DNA of 64,000 nucleotides from Halobacteriovoraceae bacterium. GTDB lineage: Bacteria > Bdellovibrionota > Bacteriovoracia > Bacteriovoracales > Bacteriovoracaceae. This document shows positions 48,892-59,635 of this stretch, in pieces (position 1 is the stretch's first letter; the number at the start of each line of letters is the position of its first letter). Location: positions 736,001 through 800,000 of the forward strand of contig CAVRCF010000005.1 in assembly GCA_963719505.1 (NCBI GenBank), in the 5' to 3' direction. Both the position numbers and the translations under genes were made by a program. Below the pieces are notes generated by a model. That model was not told where the DNA came from and made no database searches. It saw only the letters and a list, made by a program, of their open reading frames with translations.

Positions 48892-50080
48892 TTAATTTTT
48901 CTCCACGAAGTAGTTTTCTCTCAAGCCTTAAAAGAGAAATTTTTTCTCTCATATTTTCTCTTCGAAGAAGAAGATTCTGCAATTTAAGTTCAGACTGTAA
49001 TAAAGCGACATAGGTTCCTTCCCCAAGTGAGTAAGATTTTGATGTCACCTTTCTTGAATTTTCAGCAAATCGAATCGTTTTTGAATTGAGAATATTTAGC
49101 TCTAATTGAATTTTTGAAATTGAAAGATCAATTTTTCGAAGTGTAGATGTTTTTTGTCTTTTGTAATTATTTAAATCTTTAGTCGCTGAGTATCTTTCAT
49201 TAACGGCACTGGAGTTGGAAGCATATCTCTTATCTGAAAAAGGAAGAGGGAATGAAACAGAGGCACTCACAAAGTCGCCAAGGTCATCGACATCGGCTCT
49301 TTTCCGATAAGATGCCCCAATAGTGATGTCTGGCACATAATTCAGTTGACTTGCATTCACCAGATGGTCTTTAGATTTTAATTTTGACTCTAGCGCCAGA
49401 AGATTTGGATCACTTTTTTCATTGGATTTCTTTTTAAGAACGCTCCAAGGAATACTATTCATTTCCAGTTCCACATCTTTTCCTACAAGATAGATGAGGT
49501 TGGATTCAACATCTTTGAGATCAAATTTCATATTGCTAATCTGAGCGTCGACTTCAGATTTTCTAATCTCTAAATCTAAAAGAGCTTGTTGGGATATTTT
49601 CCCATTTGAATATAAACGTTTCGATGTCTTTATATTATTTTTAAGCCAAGAAGCATTTTCTTTTAAAATTTTTATCTCCTCTAAAAGCTTCTTTTTTATT
49701 ATCGCTATTTTCCAAAGTTCCGCTTTAAGCCTCCTCTCGATAGTCTGGGAGTGATAACTCTCAGCATCAGATAGCCTACTATAGGATTGATCTATATTTC
49801 CATATTTTGACGTTAAGGGAATCGTTTGACTGATACCAATTTCAACTCCGGTCATGGGTGAATCATCATTTGCCAAGGAATCTACAGGGAAATTTGAAGC
49901 AGAAATTTTTAAATTTGGATCCCCCCAAGATGAACCAAGCTCACCTTGAGCCTTGAGCATTTTTGCTTTATATTTTATTGATTCTACCTGGTCGTGACTC
50001 TCAATAGCAGTAATGGCTTCTTTAAAACCTATTGCGTTTGCCACCGAGCAGTAGAGAAATATTAAAAATATTAACCTCAT
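48884..50080 (-). CDS. TolC-family outer-membrane efflux protein
   Basis: DP.L, GISQTIP, PDITIG..Y, SY..G; first gene of the RND operon. Confidence 0.85.
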   Translation of the reverse strand: MRLIFLIFLYCSVANAIGFKEAITAIESHDQVESIKYKAKMLKAQGELGSSWGDPNLKISASNFPVDSLANDDSPMTGVEIGISQTIPLTSKYGNIDQSYSRLSDAESYHSQTIERRLKAELWKIAIIKKKLLEEIKILKENASWLKNNIKTSKRLYSNGKISQQALLDLEIRKSEVDAQISNMKFDLKDVESNLIYLVGKDVELEMNSIPWSVLKKKSNEKSDPNLLALESKLKSKDHLVNASQLNYVPDITIGASYRKRADVDDLGDFVSASVSFPLPFSDKRYASNSSAVNERYSATKDLNNYKRQKTSTLRKIDLSISKIQLELNILNSKTIRFAENSRKVTSKSYSLGEGTYVALLQSELKLQNLLLRRENMREKISLLRLERKLLRGEKLNG

Positions 50081-50130
50081 AAAAGCATTTCCTCTTAATA
50101 ATAATGATGAACTGTCTTCTTCATCTATCC

Positions 50131-50158
50131 TTACGAAAACAGAAGGTATTTTGTGACA
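50131..50158 (-). promoter_or_regulatory. ECF-type promoter TGTCACA-N16-CGTAA driving the efflux operon
   Basis: Minus strand reads tgtcacaaaataccttctgttttcgtaa; identical elements to the divergent copy. Confidence 0.75.
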
Positions 50159-50222
50159 TAAAGGATATTTTTTGTATAAAATGAACCTTATTGCAAATAC
50201 TTACACAAGCATGAAAGAAAAA

Positions 50223-50250
50223 TGTCACAATTTTGGCATAAGCTTCGTAA
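50223..50250 (+). promoter_or_regulatory. ECF-type autoregulatory promoter TGTCACA-N16-CGTAA
   Basis: tgtcacaattttggcataagcttcgtaa, ending 13 bp before the sigma start. Confidence 0.75.
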
Positions 50251-50263
50251 CAAAAGGTAGAAA

Positions 50264-50791
50264 GTGTCGAATCCTTATTTAAATTTGAATGATGAGAAAC
50301 TTATGGACCTATATCAAAATGATAATATGCAGGCTTTTGAAGTGATCTATGACCGCTACGAGAGTCGTATCTATAGTTATATAAAGAAAAGAGTGAAAGA
50401 CAAAGAGATGGTAAGTGATATTTTTCAAAATGCTTTTTCAAAATTTCATAGAAGCAGAGATCTATACGATCCAAAGTACCCACTTATCAGTTGGCTTTAT
50501 ACCATTACAAGGAGTGAGCTTCTCGATTTTTTAAAAAAGAAACGAGATGTTTTTGTCAATCTCACTTTTGATATTGAAGAGATTCAAAATGAAGAAGTGG
50601 ATTTATTGGATCTAAGAGATGAAAAATTTTTATCAGAAAATGAAAAAGAAGCTATAGAGCTTAGGTATTATGAAGACAAAGGTTTCAATGAAATCTCAAA
50701 GATATTGAATACAAGTGAATCTAATATAAGAAAAATCATCTCACGAGGAATAAAAAAACTTAGAGTGAAATATAAAGGGCAATCTTTATGA
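50264..50791 (+). CDS. ECF RNA polymerase sigma factor
   Basis: AFE.IY.RY, DIFQ..F.K, SWLYTI.R...D, region 4 (ELRYYE...F.EIS..L..SE..IR..ISRG.KKLR). Confidence 0.92.
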   Translation: MSNPYLNLNDEKLMDLYQNDNMQAFEVIYDRYESRIYSYIKKRVKDKEMVSDIFQNAFSKFHRSRDLYDPKYPLISWLYTITRSELLDFLKKKRDVFVNLTFDIEEIQNEEVDLLDLRDEKFLSENEKEAIELRYYEDKGFNEISKILNTSESNIRKIISRGIKKLRVKYKGQSL

Positions 50792-51288
50792 GTCTATTTA
50801 GAGAAGAAAAAGACATTCAAATACCAACGAAGCTAAAAGAGAATGTTTTCGCTATGGTGAAGAAAGACCTAAGTCCAGAGCACAAGGTCGTTTTTTTAAA
50901 GCTTCTTTTTATCCAAGCAATTGTGGGTGTGACCACCATGGCTTTTTGTCCGCAGTTTGAAATGAGCCTGACCAACTCACACGAACTTTTTCACTACTTT
51001 CACAGAACTTTTGGCCAGCAAACCTGCATGCTTATTTGTGGCGCTATTTTTATTGGGAGTGGAGCTCTTGTCGCAAACTCTATTCTCTCAAAAGCAGAAA
51101 TAAAACGCATTAAAGGATCTTCATTTCTCTACTACATAACAATTAGCTCCATGGCCGTATCAGCATTTCTTCTCCTTTCCCAAAATACGTATATGATTGT
51201 TGTACCCTTTTGGTTTATTGGGGCAACAGTATCAGGGATTGTTTTCTTTAATCTTATTCACTATATTAGGATAAAGAAAATAGCATAA
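50788..51288 (+). CDS. Putative membrane anti-sigma factor with Cys/His loop
   Basis: ATGA-coupled to the sigma gene; about 4 TMs; CPQF...H..FH.FH...CMLICG. Confidence 0.7.
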   Translation: MSLFREEKDIQIPTKLKENVFAMVKKDLSPEHKVVFLKLLFIQAIVGVTTMAFCPQFEMSLTNSHELFHYFHRTFGQQTCMLICGAIFIGSGALVANSILSKAEIKRIKGSSFLYYITISSMAVSAFLLLSQNTYMIVVPFWFIGATVSGIVFFNLIHYIRIKKIA

Positions 51289-51300
51289 TAGGTATTATAG

Positions 51301-51999
51301 ATGTTTGAAATTGCTTTATCCATTTTAACTCTGACCGCGATGGAAATTGTCCTGGGAATCGATAATATTGTTTTCATCTCAATTCTAGTGGCCCGGGTCC
51401 CAGCGGAGAAACGAGAAAGCACAAGAAAACTTGGAATCTTTCTTGCTCTTTTTATGAGGCTCATCTTATTGTTTTCTATTACATGGGTCATGCAACTTAC
51501 AACTCCTTTATTTTCAGTTTTTGAGCACACAATTTCTGGAAGAGATATTATTTTGCTCCTGGGTGGAATGTTTCTAATTGGAAAGTCGACCTTTGAGATT
51601 CACCATAAAGTTGAAGGTGAAGATGAAACGATTGATATTAACACGAAGGCAAAATCAGCCAAAACAATTCTCATTCAGATTATTCTTCTCGATGTCGTTT
51701 TCTCTTTGGACTCCGTCATTACGGCTGTTGGGATGGCAAATCAGATCTGGATTATGGTTGTGGCGATGATTGTAGCGATGGTCGTGATGTTAATATCGGC
51801 CAAGTCAATTGGCGATTTTGTTGAGAAAAATCCAACCGTTAAAATATTAGCTCTCTCATTTTTACTTCTTATTGGCGTGATGCTGGTTGCAGAAGGAATG
51901 GGCCAACATATTAGTAAAGGGTATATCTATTTTGCGATGGCTTTCTCTTTGGGTGTAGAACTTCTCAACATGCGCTATCGAAAGAAAATCCCAGAATGA
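51301..51999 (+). CDS. TerC family membrane protein
   Basis: EIVLGIDN, DVVFSLDSVITAVG, KGYIYFAMAFS. Confidence 0.92.
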   Translation: MFEIALSILTLTAMEIVLGIDNIVFISILVARVPAEKRESTRKLGIFLALFMRLILLFSITWVMQLTTPLFSVFEHTISGRDIILLLGGMFLIGKSTFEIHHKVEGEDETIDINTKAKSAKTILIQIILLDVVFSLDSVITAVGMANQIWIMVVAMIVAMVVMLISAKSIGDFVEKNPTVKILALSFLLLIGVMLVAEGMGQHISKGYIYFAMAFSLGVELLNMRYRKKIPE

Positions 52000-52871
52000 A
52001 AATTCTACTTCTAGTCCTGGCCACAGCAATTTGGGGGGCGGGTTTTATGGGAACACGCTGGACAATGGATGTCTACTCTCCGGTATGGTCTCACTCTTTA
52101 AGGTTTATTTTTGCGGGGTTATTCATTTTTCCTTTTATTTTATTCAATCTGAGTAAAGTCAATTGGAGAAAAGCTTTTATCTTATCCGTTCTTTTATTTA
52201 TAGGGCTTATGTTGCAAACCTATGGCATCAAATACACAACCCTAGCAAAAAGTGGCTTTATTACGACTTTCTATGCTCTTTTTACACCGGTTATTCTTGG
52301 CCTGTATTTTAAAAAGAAATTTACAAAGGGATACTGGGCTTTGGTTGCAGTAGCTCTGGTTGGGATGGCCCTTTTATGTGAACTCCACTGGACTGGGTTT
52401 AATATTGGTGATGCCTACACCCTTTTAAGTGCTCTGTTCTTCTCTTTGCACATCATAGCGGTAGATGTTTACGCAAAAGATGAGCCTCCAATTCTCATCA
52501 ATAGCGTTCAATGCTTTATCATGGGAATTATTGGGCTTGTCTATGGTCTTATTGCTGAGGGAATTCCAGACTTAGCTTATATCATCCCAGGAAATATCCA
52601 GTTCAATGAGCTCGTGTTTTATGGATTTATCATCTTAAGCCTATTTTCATCCTTGATCGCCTTCAGCATTCAGATGATCGCTCAAAAAGATATTCCGCCA
52701 CATGTCGTCAGCTTAGTTTTTCTCATGGAGTCAATTTTTGCTTCAATACTGGGGTATTATGCTTTTGGAGAAACACTCTCGACAAAAGCATTAATCGGGG
52801 CTTTTTTAATTCTTTCATCAGTAGCGAGTCTTAAACCATTGATGGATAGGAAATCCTTGAAGGTAAAATAG
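51996..52871 (+). CDS. DMT/EamA family transporter
   Basis: IWG.GF, LRF, KSGFIT, NIGD, ESIFA, GE.L. Confidence 0.9.
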   Translation: MKILLLVLATAIWGAGFMGTRWTMDVYSPVWSHSLRFIFAGLFIFPFILFNLSKVNWRKAFILSVLLFIGLMLQTYGIKYTTLAKSGFITTFYALFTPVILGLYFKKKFTKGYWALVAVALVGMALLCELHWTGFNIGDAYTLLSALFFSLHIIAVDVYAKDEPPILINSVQCFIMGIIGLVYGLIAEGIPDLAYIIPGNIQFNELVFYGFIILSLFSSLIAFSIQMIAQKDIPPHVVSLVFLMESIFASILGYYAFGETLSTKALIGAFLILSSVASLKPLMDRKSLKVK

Positions 52872-52983
52872 ATCATACCAATGAGTATTTCTATCTCTTT
52901 TTTCTAAGTTATAACTGTACCACCACGATTTAATAAGATAAACTTAACAATACCATTTCAATTTATAGAGGGAGAAAATTTAC

Positions 52984-54261
52984 GTGACTCAAGTAGATTC
53001 AGTGGACATTAACCATTTTACAAGCATTCTTAAACAGAAATTCATGCTCAATACCTACGTCTATTTATCTATTGTCTTATTTTTATTCTCACTCTATTTT
53101 TATTTTGTTGGGCAGCTTGTCGTTCATTCTTATTTTTCTTTTCTTTTTTTGAGTCTATTCGCTATGCTCTACTTTTCTGCTAAGAAAGGACTTTTTAGCT
53201 TTGTCACTCTTGTCCACTTACAGAATGTAATTTTAATGCTAGTCATGTCTTCAGCTTTTCTTGCCTCTGGAGGCTTGCGAGCGCCTGTTATTTTTTGGGT
53301 CCCTGTTGTTATGTATTCGACAATGAGCCTAGTTGGACGAAGAGCTATGCTTATTTGGCTCGTCGTGGGTGTCGTTATTATTTCTGCATTTCTTTTATTA
53401 GAGTTAAATGGATTTCAGTTCACTAATATTCACAACGAAGCCAATCGACATATTCTTCACTACGCACACTTTATCCTTCTTTCATTTTTTACCTTTTCTA
53501 TATGCCTATTGAATGAGAGGACCAATCAAGAGCACTCCAAGATTCAAATCAATCTCATTGAGAGAATGTATCATCAAAACAGACTTGCAAACTTGGGAGA
53601 GATCGTCGCTGGTGTGGGACATGAGGTTAATAATCCGCTGGCAATTTCTCATGGGTACATGGCAAAACTTAAAAGCCTCTTAAAAAAAGAAAACATTACA
53701 ACCCCTGAAGTTTTGGATGCCATTGAAACAATAGAGGCTTCGAATTATCGAATTATCGATATCATCAAATCTCTTCGCTCTTTTTCACGGAAGGATTCCG
53801 ACAGAAATGGAGTGACCAATATTAAAGAGATGATTGAAGAAATTGCTCATCTGGTTGAAGTTGAGTATGCGAATGAAAACATAAAGTTTACTTATCCAAA
53901 AGAGACACCACATTTTAATGTAAGAGGTAATCACTCTCAAATTCAACAAGTTCTCTTTAATCTCCTTTCAAATGCGCGAGATGCTATTGAGAAAAAGATT
54001 GAAAAGGAAATCGAGATTAAGTTAGATGAAAGCACTCCTGGAAGACTTAATATAATAGTCAAAGACAATGGAGATGGAATACCTGAAAATATCAAAGATA
54101 AGGTATTAGATCCATTTTTTACGACCAAACCAGTTAATAAGGGCACGGGACTGGGTCTGAGTATATCTCATAATCTTATTAAAGCGTTTGGCGGTAGTAT
54201 CAGTATTGAGTCTGAAGTTGGATTAGGGACGGCTGTTCAAGTATCATTTGATAAAGCATGA
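52984..54261 (+). CDS. Membrane sensor histidine kinase
   Basis: Multi-TM N-terminus, [31 protein letters not shown]. Confidence 0.9.
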   Translation: MTQVDSVDINHFTSILKQKFMLNTYVYLSIVLFLFSLYFYFVGQLVVHSYFSFLFLSLFAMLYFSAKKGLFSFVTLVHLQNVILMLVMSSAFLASGGLRAPVIFWVPVVMYSTMSLVGRRAMLIWLVVGVVIISAFLLLELNGFQFTNIHNEANRHILHYAHFILLSFFTFSICLLNERTNQEHSKIQINLIERMYHQNRLANLGEIVAGVGHEVNNPLAISHGYMAKLKSLLKKENITTPEVLDAIETIEASNYRIIDIIKSLRSFSRKDSDRNGVTNIKEMIEEIAHLVEVEYANENIKFTYPKETPHFNVRGNHSQIQQVLFNLLSNARDAIEKKIEKEIEIKLDESTPGRLNIIVKDNGDGIPENIKDKVLDPFFTTKPVNKGTGLGLSISHNLIKAFGGSISIESEVGLGTAVQVSFDKA

Positions 54262-54369
54262 AGCTTTGTCCTAACTGTAAAACTCTCCTGTCCAATCCAA
54301 AAATTTGTAACGTAATCTTATTTTTTAATATGGGTTTTCTTTACACTTTTTAATGGATAAAATATCTAA

Positions 54370-55131
54370 ATGAAATATCAAACTGAATCTTTAAACAATA
54401 AATCAGCCCTTATTACTGGAGCCTCCTCTGGCATTGGACTCGCTTGTGCCCATTACCTTGGTCAACATGGTGTGAAGCTAAAGTTGGTGGCCAGACGCGA
54501 GGCTAAGCTCAAAGAGCTTTGCGCTCTTTACTCATGTGAATATGTTTGCGGTGATCTCAATGACGCTTCAACTCTTAAAGAGATAAAAAATAAGGGCTTC
54601 TTTTCAAGCGATATCGTTATTAATAATGCAGGCTTAGCTTTAGGAAAAGATGACTTTGCTCAAATAACAGATGAAGATATGGATCAAGTTATCCATACTA
54701 ATATTCAAGCAGCTTTTAAGATAGCAAAGTATTCTATAAAGGAGATGACCGATCGATCCTCTGGAGATCTTATCAATATTTGTTCTATCGCCTCTCATGA
54801 AGCCTACAAAGGAGGAGCGGTTTACTGCGCAAGTAAACATGCTCTTTTAGCTCTTGGAAAGTCTCTTCGCGAAGAAACTTTTGGTCAAAATATTAGGATT
54901 ATTAGTATTTCTCCCGGTCTCGTTGAGACTGAGTTTTCAAAAGTTCGCTTCAAAAGAGATGAAGAAAAAGCCTCTAAGGTCTATACCGGTATGGTCCCTC
55001 TTCTTCCTGAGGATATCGCTTGGCAAATTGTCCACGCTCTTCAAACTCCTCGGCATGTGAACATTGATGAAATTATTGTCCTGGCCACAGATCAGGCAGG
55101 GGCAACAAAAGTAAAGCGCGATACAATTTAA
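54370..55131 (+). CDS. SDR oxidoreductase (YdfG-like)
   Basis: TGASSGIG, NNAG, YCASK, PGLVETEFS. Confidence 0.92.
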   Translation: MKYQTESLNNKSALITGASSGIGLACAHYLGQHGVKLKLVARREAKLKELCALYSCEYVCGDLNDASTLKEIKNKGFFSSDIVINNAGLALGKDDFAQITDEDMDQVIHTNIQAAFKIAKYSIKEMTDRSSGDLINICSIASHEAYKGGAVYCASKHALLALGKSLREETFGQNIRIISISPGLVETEFSKVRFKRDEEKASKVYTGMVPLLPEDIAWQIVHALQTPRHVNIDEIIVLATDQAGATKVKRDTI

Positions 55132-55198
55132 CTTCGACAATAATGCCTTAAGCTAATAAAATTTTGCTTCATCTGGCATATTCCCTTAAAATATTCCT

Positions 55199-56458
55199 AT
55201 GAATAAACGAAATTTATCACTCCTTTTGGCCATCATAGCTGGTGAAGCCATTTTTATGCTTCCCTTTTTAGTCCCTAGACTCTACAGGCCTCTCATTCTT
55301 GAGACTTGGAGCTTAACCAATACAGATATAGGCCTGGCCTTTAGCGCTTACGGTTTTAGTGCAATGATCTCTTATATTATAGGTGGTCCTTTTGCCGACA
55401 AGTATCATCCTCGATATCTAATGGCCTCATCACTAGCTTTGACTTCTCTTGGTGGCTTTTCTCTTATCTTCTTTCATTCTCCAGTAAATTTAATCTTTAT
55501 CTATTTTATGTTTGGAATATCCACCACACTTCTTATGTGGGGAGCTCTTATTAAACTTACCCATCAAATAGGAGGAGAAGATAAGAGGGCCAGTGCCATG
55601 GGTACTCTCGATGCTGGACGGGGCCTTGCCGCAGCTGTCATGAGCTCTTTAATCATATTTGTCATTGCAATTTTTGTTAGTGAGACTGATACGAATTCAA
55701 ATGAAACTTCTCTATCAATCATTTATGGTTTTATTGCCAGCTCAAATATCCTCGTTGCACTTCTTCTTGTCTATGGACTTCGCGATCTAAAATTTTCCAA
55801 ACAAAACTCTTCAAAGTGGAGTTTGAAAGAGTCAGTTGAAGTCCTAAAGCGTTTTGATATTTGGTTATTAGGTATTATTATTTTGAGCTCTTATTGTGGT
55901 TACAAGTCCGTTGATAATTACTCTATCTACCTTGTTGATATCTTAAATTTCAATTTAAAAGAGTCGAGCTATTTTACTTCCCTGATCTTTTGGTTAAGAC
56001 CTATCAGTGCTTTTGCAGCTGGGTTTTTAGCTGACTCTTTTGGAAAAAAGATTAAAGGCGGACGTTTTTTAAACCTCTTTATTTTATTAATGATCGCATC
56101 TGTTCTTCAATTTTTAATGGCTACTAATATTCAATCACTAACCTATCTTATTTTGTTCATTGTCCTCGTCTCCTCAGCTCTAAGCTACGCTCTTCGAGCA
56201 ATCTATTTTGCCGTCTTTGGCGATCTCAATATTCCAAGTTATCTTATCGGAACTACTGTAGGAATTGTTTCATTGGTGGGCTTTCTTCCAGACATCTTTT
56301 TTGGATCTCTAACAGGCTACCTCATTGATAATTACCAAGGATTCGTGGGTTATAATTATGTCTTTATCTTTACAGGATCGGCTATGCTTGTTGGAAGTCT
56401 CTGTTCATTTACTTGTTACGTAAGATGTAAAAATAGAGAAAAGTCTCTCGTTGAATGA
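55199..56458 (+). CDS. MFS transporter
   Basis: About 12 TMs, GG.FADK, GFLAD, GIVSLVGFLPD. Confidence 0.9.
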   Translation: MNKRNLSLLLAIIAGEAIFMLPFLVPRLYRPLILETWSLTNTDIGLAFSAYGFSAMISYIIGGPFADKYHPRYLMASSLALTSLGGFSLIFFHSPVNLIFIYFMFGISTTLLMWGALIKLTHQIGGEDKRASAMGTLDAGRGLAAAVMSSLIIFVIAIFVSETDTNSNETSLSIIYGFIASSNILVALLLVYGLRDLKFSKQNSSKWSLKESVEVLKRFDIWLLGIIILSSYCGYKSVDNYSIYLVDILNFNLKESSYFTSLIFWLRPISAFAAGFLADSFGKKIKGGRFLNLFILLMIASVLQFLMATNIQSLTYLILFIVLVSSALSYALRAIYFAVFGDLNIPSYLIGTTVGIVSLVGFLPDIFFGSLTGYLIDNYQGFVGYNYVFIFTGSAMLVGSLCSFTCYVRCKNREKSLVE

Positions 56459-56555
56459 GAGCAGTAAAGTAATAAAACACAAGAGAGTGAGTCGATAGAA
56501 TCTTTGAGAGTAACTTTATGTAAAAGAGAGGCGAACTATCTCTCCTCAGTATTAA

Positions 56556-56771
56556 TTAATACTCACAAGTAACGTCACTGGCTGCACTTTGAGCTAGACG
56601 CTGATCCCAATCTTTCCTGTCACTAAACGATTCACTCAACTTGTTAAATAAACAGCGACTTAATTTAGAAACTGAAACAGGTCCTGATGGCTCACCATTA
56701 ATTTCTTCAACACAGGAAATCGTCTCTTCTCGACAAAAACAAACAAACTCTTTTCTTAATTCACTCATCAT
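56556..56771 (-). CDS. Small hypothetical protein
   Basis: Good RBS (aaggggag) and no competing ORF. Confidence 0.45.
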   Translation of the reverse strand: MMSELRKEFVCFCREETISCVEEINGEPSGPVSVSKLSRCLFNKLSESFSDRKDWDQRLAQSAASDVTCEY

Positions 56772-56852
56772 TCTCCCCTTTCAGATAATCTTAGCCTAGA
56801 CATAAAATCTTTCAAGTTAATTTAAAAATTTAATTTGTGATGGCTTATTAAT

Positions 56853-57755
56853 TTAGTTTTTAATATTATCAGAAATTAATTTTCGAAACCACCTATTTTT
56901 TTCAACCTTGTCATCAACCAAACTCCAATGGCAGTAAAAGCTTAGGGTTAATTTAGAATCAATATCTCTTTCCATTTTAAGGTTCTTATACCTTTTGACT
57001 AATTTCTCTATTGGTTTAGGTAGAATGGCAACGAGTTGACAATTGTGTTCAATAAGCTCAAGAAGAGAAGCTATAGAGTTACAACTCATAGTTTTTCTTC
57101 TTAGTTTTTTTTCTTTAAAATGGGAATCAAGCTCTGTCTTCCCGTTGTTATTCATAACAGACCACTTTAAGTATGTCTTTTCTTCTTTGATTTTTAAGCT
57201 TTTGTTCGATACTATTACGTATTGATATTCTATTAGTTTTCTCTGTTTTACGTTCGGTATCGGTAGTTTTGTGCCCGCAATAATCAGATCGTAGATAGGT
57301 TGTTCAGAGTCGAGTAAAACAGAGTTAGACTTTAAATCTTTAAGTGAATTTATCCTTAAGCTATGGCTTTTATTAAATCGTCTTAGCAGTTTCAAAATGT
57401 GTGATCCCCAAGCAATTTCAAATAACTCTGAACAGTAAATGACAAATTCTTCCGCCTGCGTAGTAGGGTTAAAAGAAGTCTCAAAAGCCTGTAGATCTTC
57501 AATCTCATTAAATATTTTTCTTATCATTGGATGGAGTGTAATCGATGTATTTGTTGCTTTAATTCCTGATTTACTCGTAATAAAAAGTTCATCATTGAAG
57601 ACTTTTCTAAGTTTTTTTAAAGACAAAGACATCGCTGGTTGGGATATATTCGCAAGATTAGAAGCCGATGTGACAGAGTCTGCTCTAATAAGGCAAAGAA
57701 AGTGTTTCAAAAGATTAAGGTCGTAATTTGGGAGCTTTTTTAAATCTTGTGTCAT
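56853..57755 (-). CDS. LysR family regulator
   Basis: DLNLL, SQPAMS..LKKLR..FNDELF, C-terminal WFR. Confidence 0.88.
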   Translation of the reverse strand: MTQDLKKLPNYDLNLLKHFLCLIRADSVTSASNLANISQPAMSLSLKKLRKVFNDELFITSKSGIKATNTSITLHPMIRKIFNEIEDLQAFETSFNPTTQAEEFVIYCSELFEIAWGSHILKLLRRFNKSHSLRINSLKDLKSNSVLLDSEQPIYDLIIAGTKLPIPNVKQRKLIEYQYVIVSNKSLKIKEEKTYLKWSVMNNNGKTELDSHFKEKKLRRKTMSCNSIASLLELIEHNCQLVAILPKPIEKLVKRYKNLKMERDIDSKLTLSFYCHWSLVDDKVEKNRWFRKLISDNIKN

Positions 57756-57851
57756 ATGCCCTGCTTATAGATAAGTATTTATTTTATATATTATATTAAT
57801 GATTAAAACTCTGTCATGATAAATAATCTTAACTATGACAAAGGATACTTC

Positions 57852-58451
57852 ATGCAAAGAATAATGCCTCTTCTAATAACACTTTTTATCTGCAATTTCG
57901 CTAGGGCTGGTAGCTTAACTGTTGCCTCAGACATTGCACAGCCAATATTCGCTAGTGGCTGGAATGTGAATGCCTATTATATTTTCGAAAATAAACTTAT
58001 ACTCTCATGGTCACACGGTGCTGATTTGAAAATCAATCCGGGAGATGAAATTGCATCTGACGAGATTGAAGATCAAAATGTAGAGCTAAAAGTCAATTAT
58101 ACAACAGGCCCAGAGGTTGGATACTCATTTTCTGACATTTTTGATGTAAGATTAGATTTTAAAATTCATCAAGCAGATTTTAAGTTTAGATCGAATGGAG
58201 AAAAAACAGATTATGAACTCTACACAGTAGGTCCAGCCGTTACCTACCACTGGTATCCATTCTCCGACAATAAAGGCTTTGTTGTAAATACATCTGCTAG
58301 ATACTGGTTCTATGCTGGAGATACTTTGTCTGGAGGAGACTTTAAGTACATCGATTCTAATGGGCAAACTCAAAAGCATGATCCAGAAAAGACAGCGCAA
58401 GGTAGTGCTACAGGTTTAGGTTTTAATATTTCACTTGGTTGGACATTTTAA
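57852..58451 (+). CDS. Putative outer-membrane beta-barrel protein
   Basis: Signal peptide, Y.WYPF, terminal NISLGWTF; divergent from the LysR gene. Confidence 0.65.
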   Translation: MQRIMPLLITLFICNFARAGSLTVASDIAQPIFASGWNVNAYYIFENKLILSWSHGADLKINPGDEIASDEIEDQNVELKVNYTTGPEVGYSFSDIFDVRLDFKIHQADFKFRSNGEKTDYELYTVGPAVTYHWYPFSDNKGFVVNTSARYWFYAGDTLSGGDFKYIDSNGQTQKHDPEKTAQGSATGLGFNISLGWTF

Positions 58452-58699
58452 ACTATAGGTAGATGAATTTTAGACCTATCTTTTTATACCTTTGAGTCAA
58501 GGCTGAAAATAATATTTTGATAGGTCATTTTTCCACAGTGCATGGTAGAAAGAAGCCTTACAAAACTTTAAGTATTATATTGATTGAGCAAGCGCATCGA
58601 GAAAAATTTCTCTCTCTTTTTAGGGGGAAGCCTAAATAGATATGGTGAAGTCAAGTTACAAGAAAAATTATTCTAATGTTTATTAAAGCAGAGCGACCT

Positions 58700-59635
58700 C
58701 TAGTGGGTATGAAGAAGCTTTAAATCCAAGTTAAGTTCTTTCATTAAGGATCTAATATACTTTTTATCTTTGTGTTTCACTGAAATAATCTCAAAGTTTT
58801 CTAGAGAGACATTTTCGATAAAGTGTGCCTCTAAAAACCCTAACCGATACTTGTAAATCTTACTCCAAAAGTCTAATGGCTTTGTCGCTGCTAATATATC
58901 ACTTAAAATAGTTTCTTTGTTATAAGGTTCCCCCCAGGATCTAACTGAAATTCCCAGTCGAATATTTTTTATAATCTGATATGCTATGATTTTAGAATAA
59001 TGATGGGATACAAAAATTTGATTGGCGAAGTCTAATTTTAAATCAGGAGAAATAGGTTTTTCAACACTTATGTCTAGTACACCTCTTATCCAAGTGTGGC
59101 CTGCATAAAGTGACCCCCATGAGAAAGCATCTTTATTTTTAATTTTAATAATGACGTCTCCAAAGTTTTTCTCCCCGTTTAGAAAAGCCACTGAAGCAAA
59201 GACACAATCCTCTCCCGAAAAAAGACGTTGCTCTACTGGTTGAGTAGTGCTTGGTTTTACGCCCAATTTAGTTGGACTCACAAGTCCTTTCCCAGATTTC
59301 AAAATAAGTTCAAGCTTGGATATCGAAGTTCTGTGAATAATAGGGGGAAATAATTTTTCGCTAATAATCCATACGAGCAGCTTTTCATCGTTAGACAAAG
59401 GAAAAAGTTTTTTTTCATATCGCTCTATATTCTTCTTTGAAATTGTCGTGAATACAGATTTTAAGAGGTTGACCGAAGACATTTCTTTTTCAGAATTCAG
59501 TGTATTGTTCGCAGCAATTTCTCTTACAATAGGTGCCCCACACCTCCATCTATCTGGCATATAGGCTTTGTCAGTACTTTCACACGAAGTATTGATAAAA
59601 GAAAACGCGGCAAAAATAAAATAAAAAGTCTTCAT
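58700..59635 (-). CDS. Hypothetical lipoprotein, possible ADP-ribosyltransferase-like fold
   Basis: Lipobox-like TSC; HRT....L..ILKSG.GL.SP, VFAS, LEAH. Confidence 0.5.
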   Translation of the reverse strand: MKTFYFIFAAFSFINTSCESTDKAYMPDRWRCGAPIVREIAANNTLNSEKEMSSVNLLKSVFTTISKKNIERYEKKLFPLSNDEKLLVWIISEKLFPPIIHRTSISKLELILKSGKGLVSPTKLGVKPSTTQPVEQRLFSGEDCVFASVAFLNGEKNFGDVIIKIKNKDAFSWGSLYAGHTWIRGVLDISVEKPISPDLKLDFANQIFVSHHYSKIIAYQIIKNIRLGISVRSWGEPYNKETILSDILAATKPLDFWSKIYKYRLGFLEAHFIENVSLENFEIISVKHKDKKYIRSLMKELNLDLKLLHTH

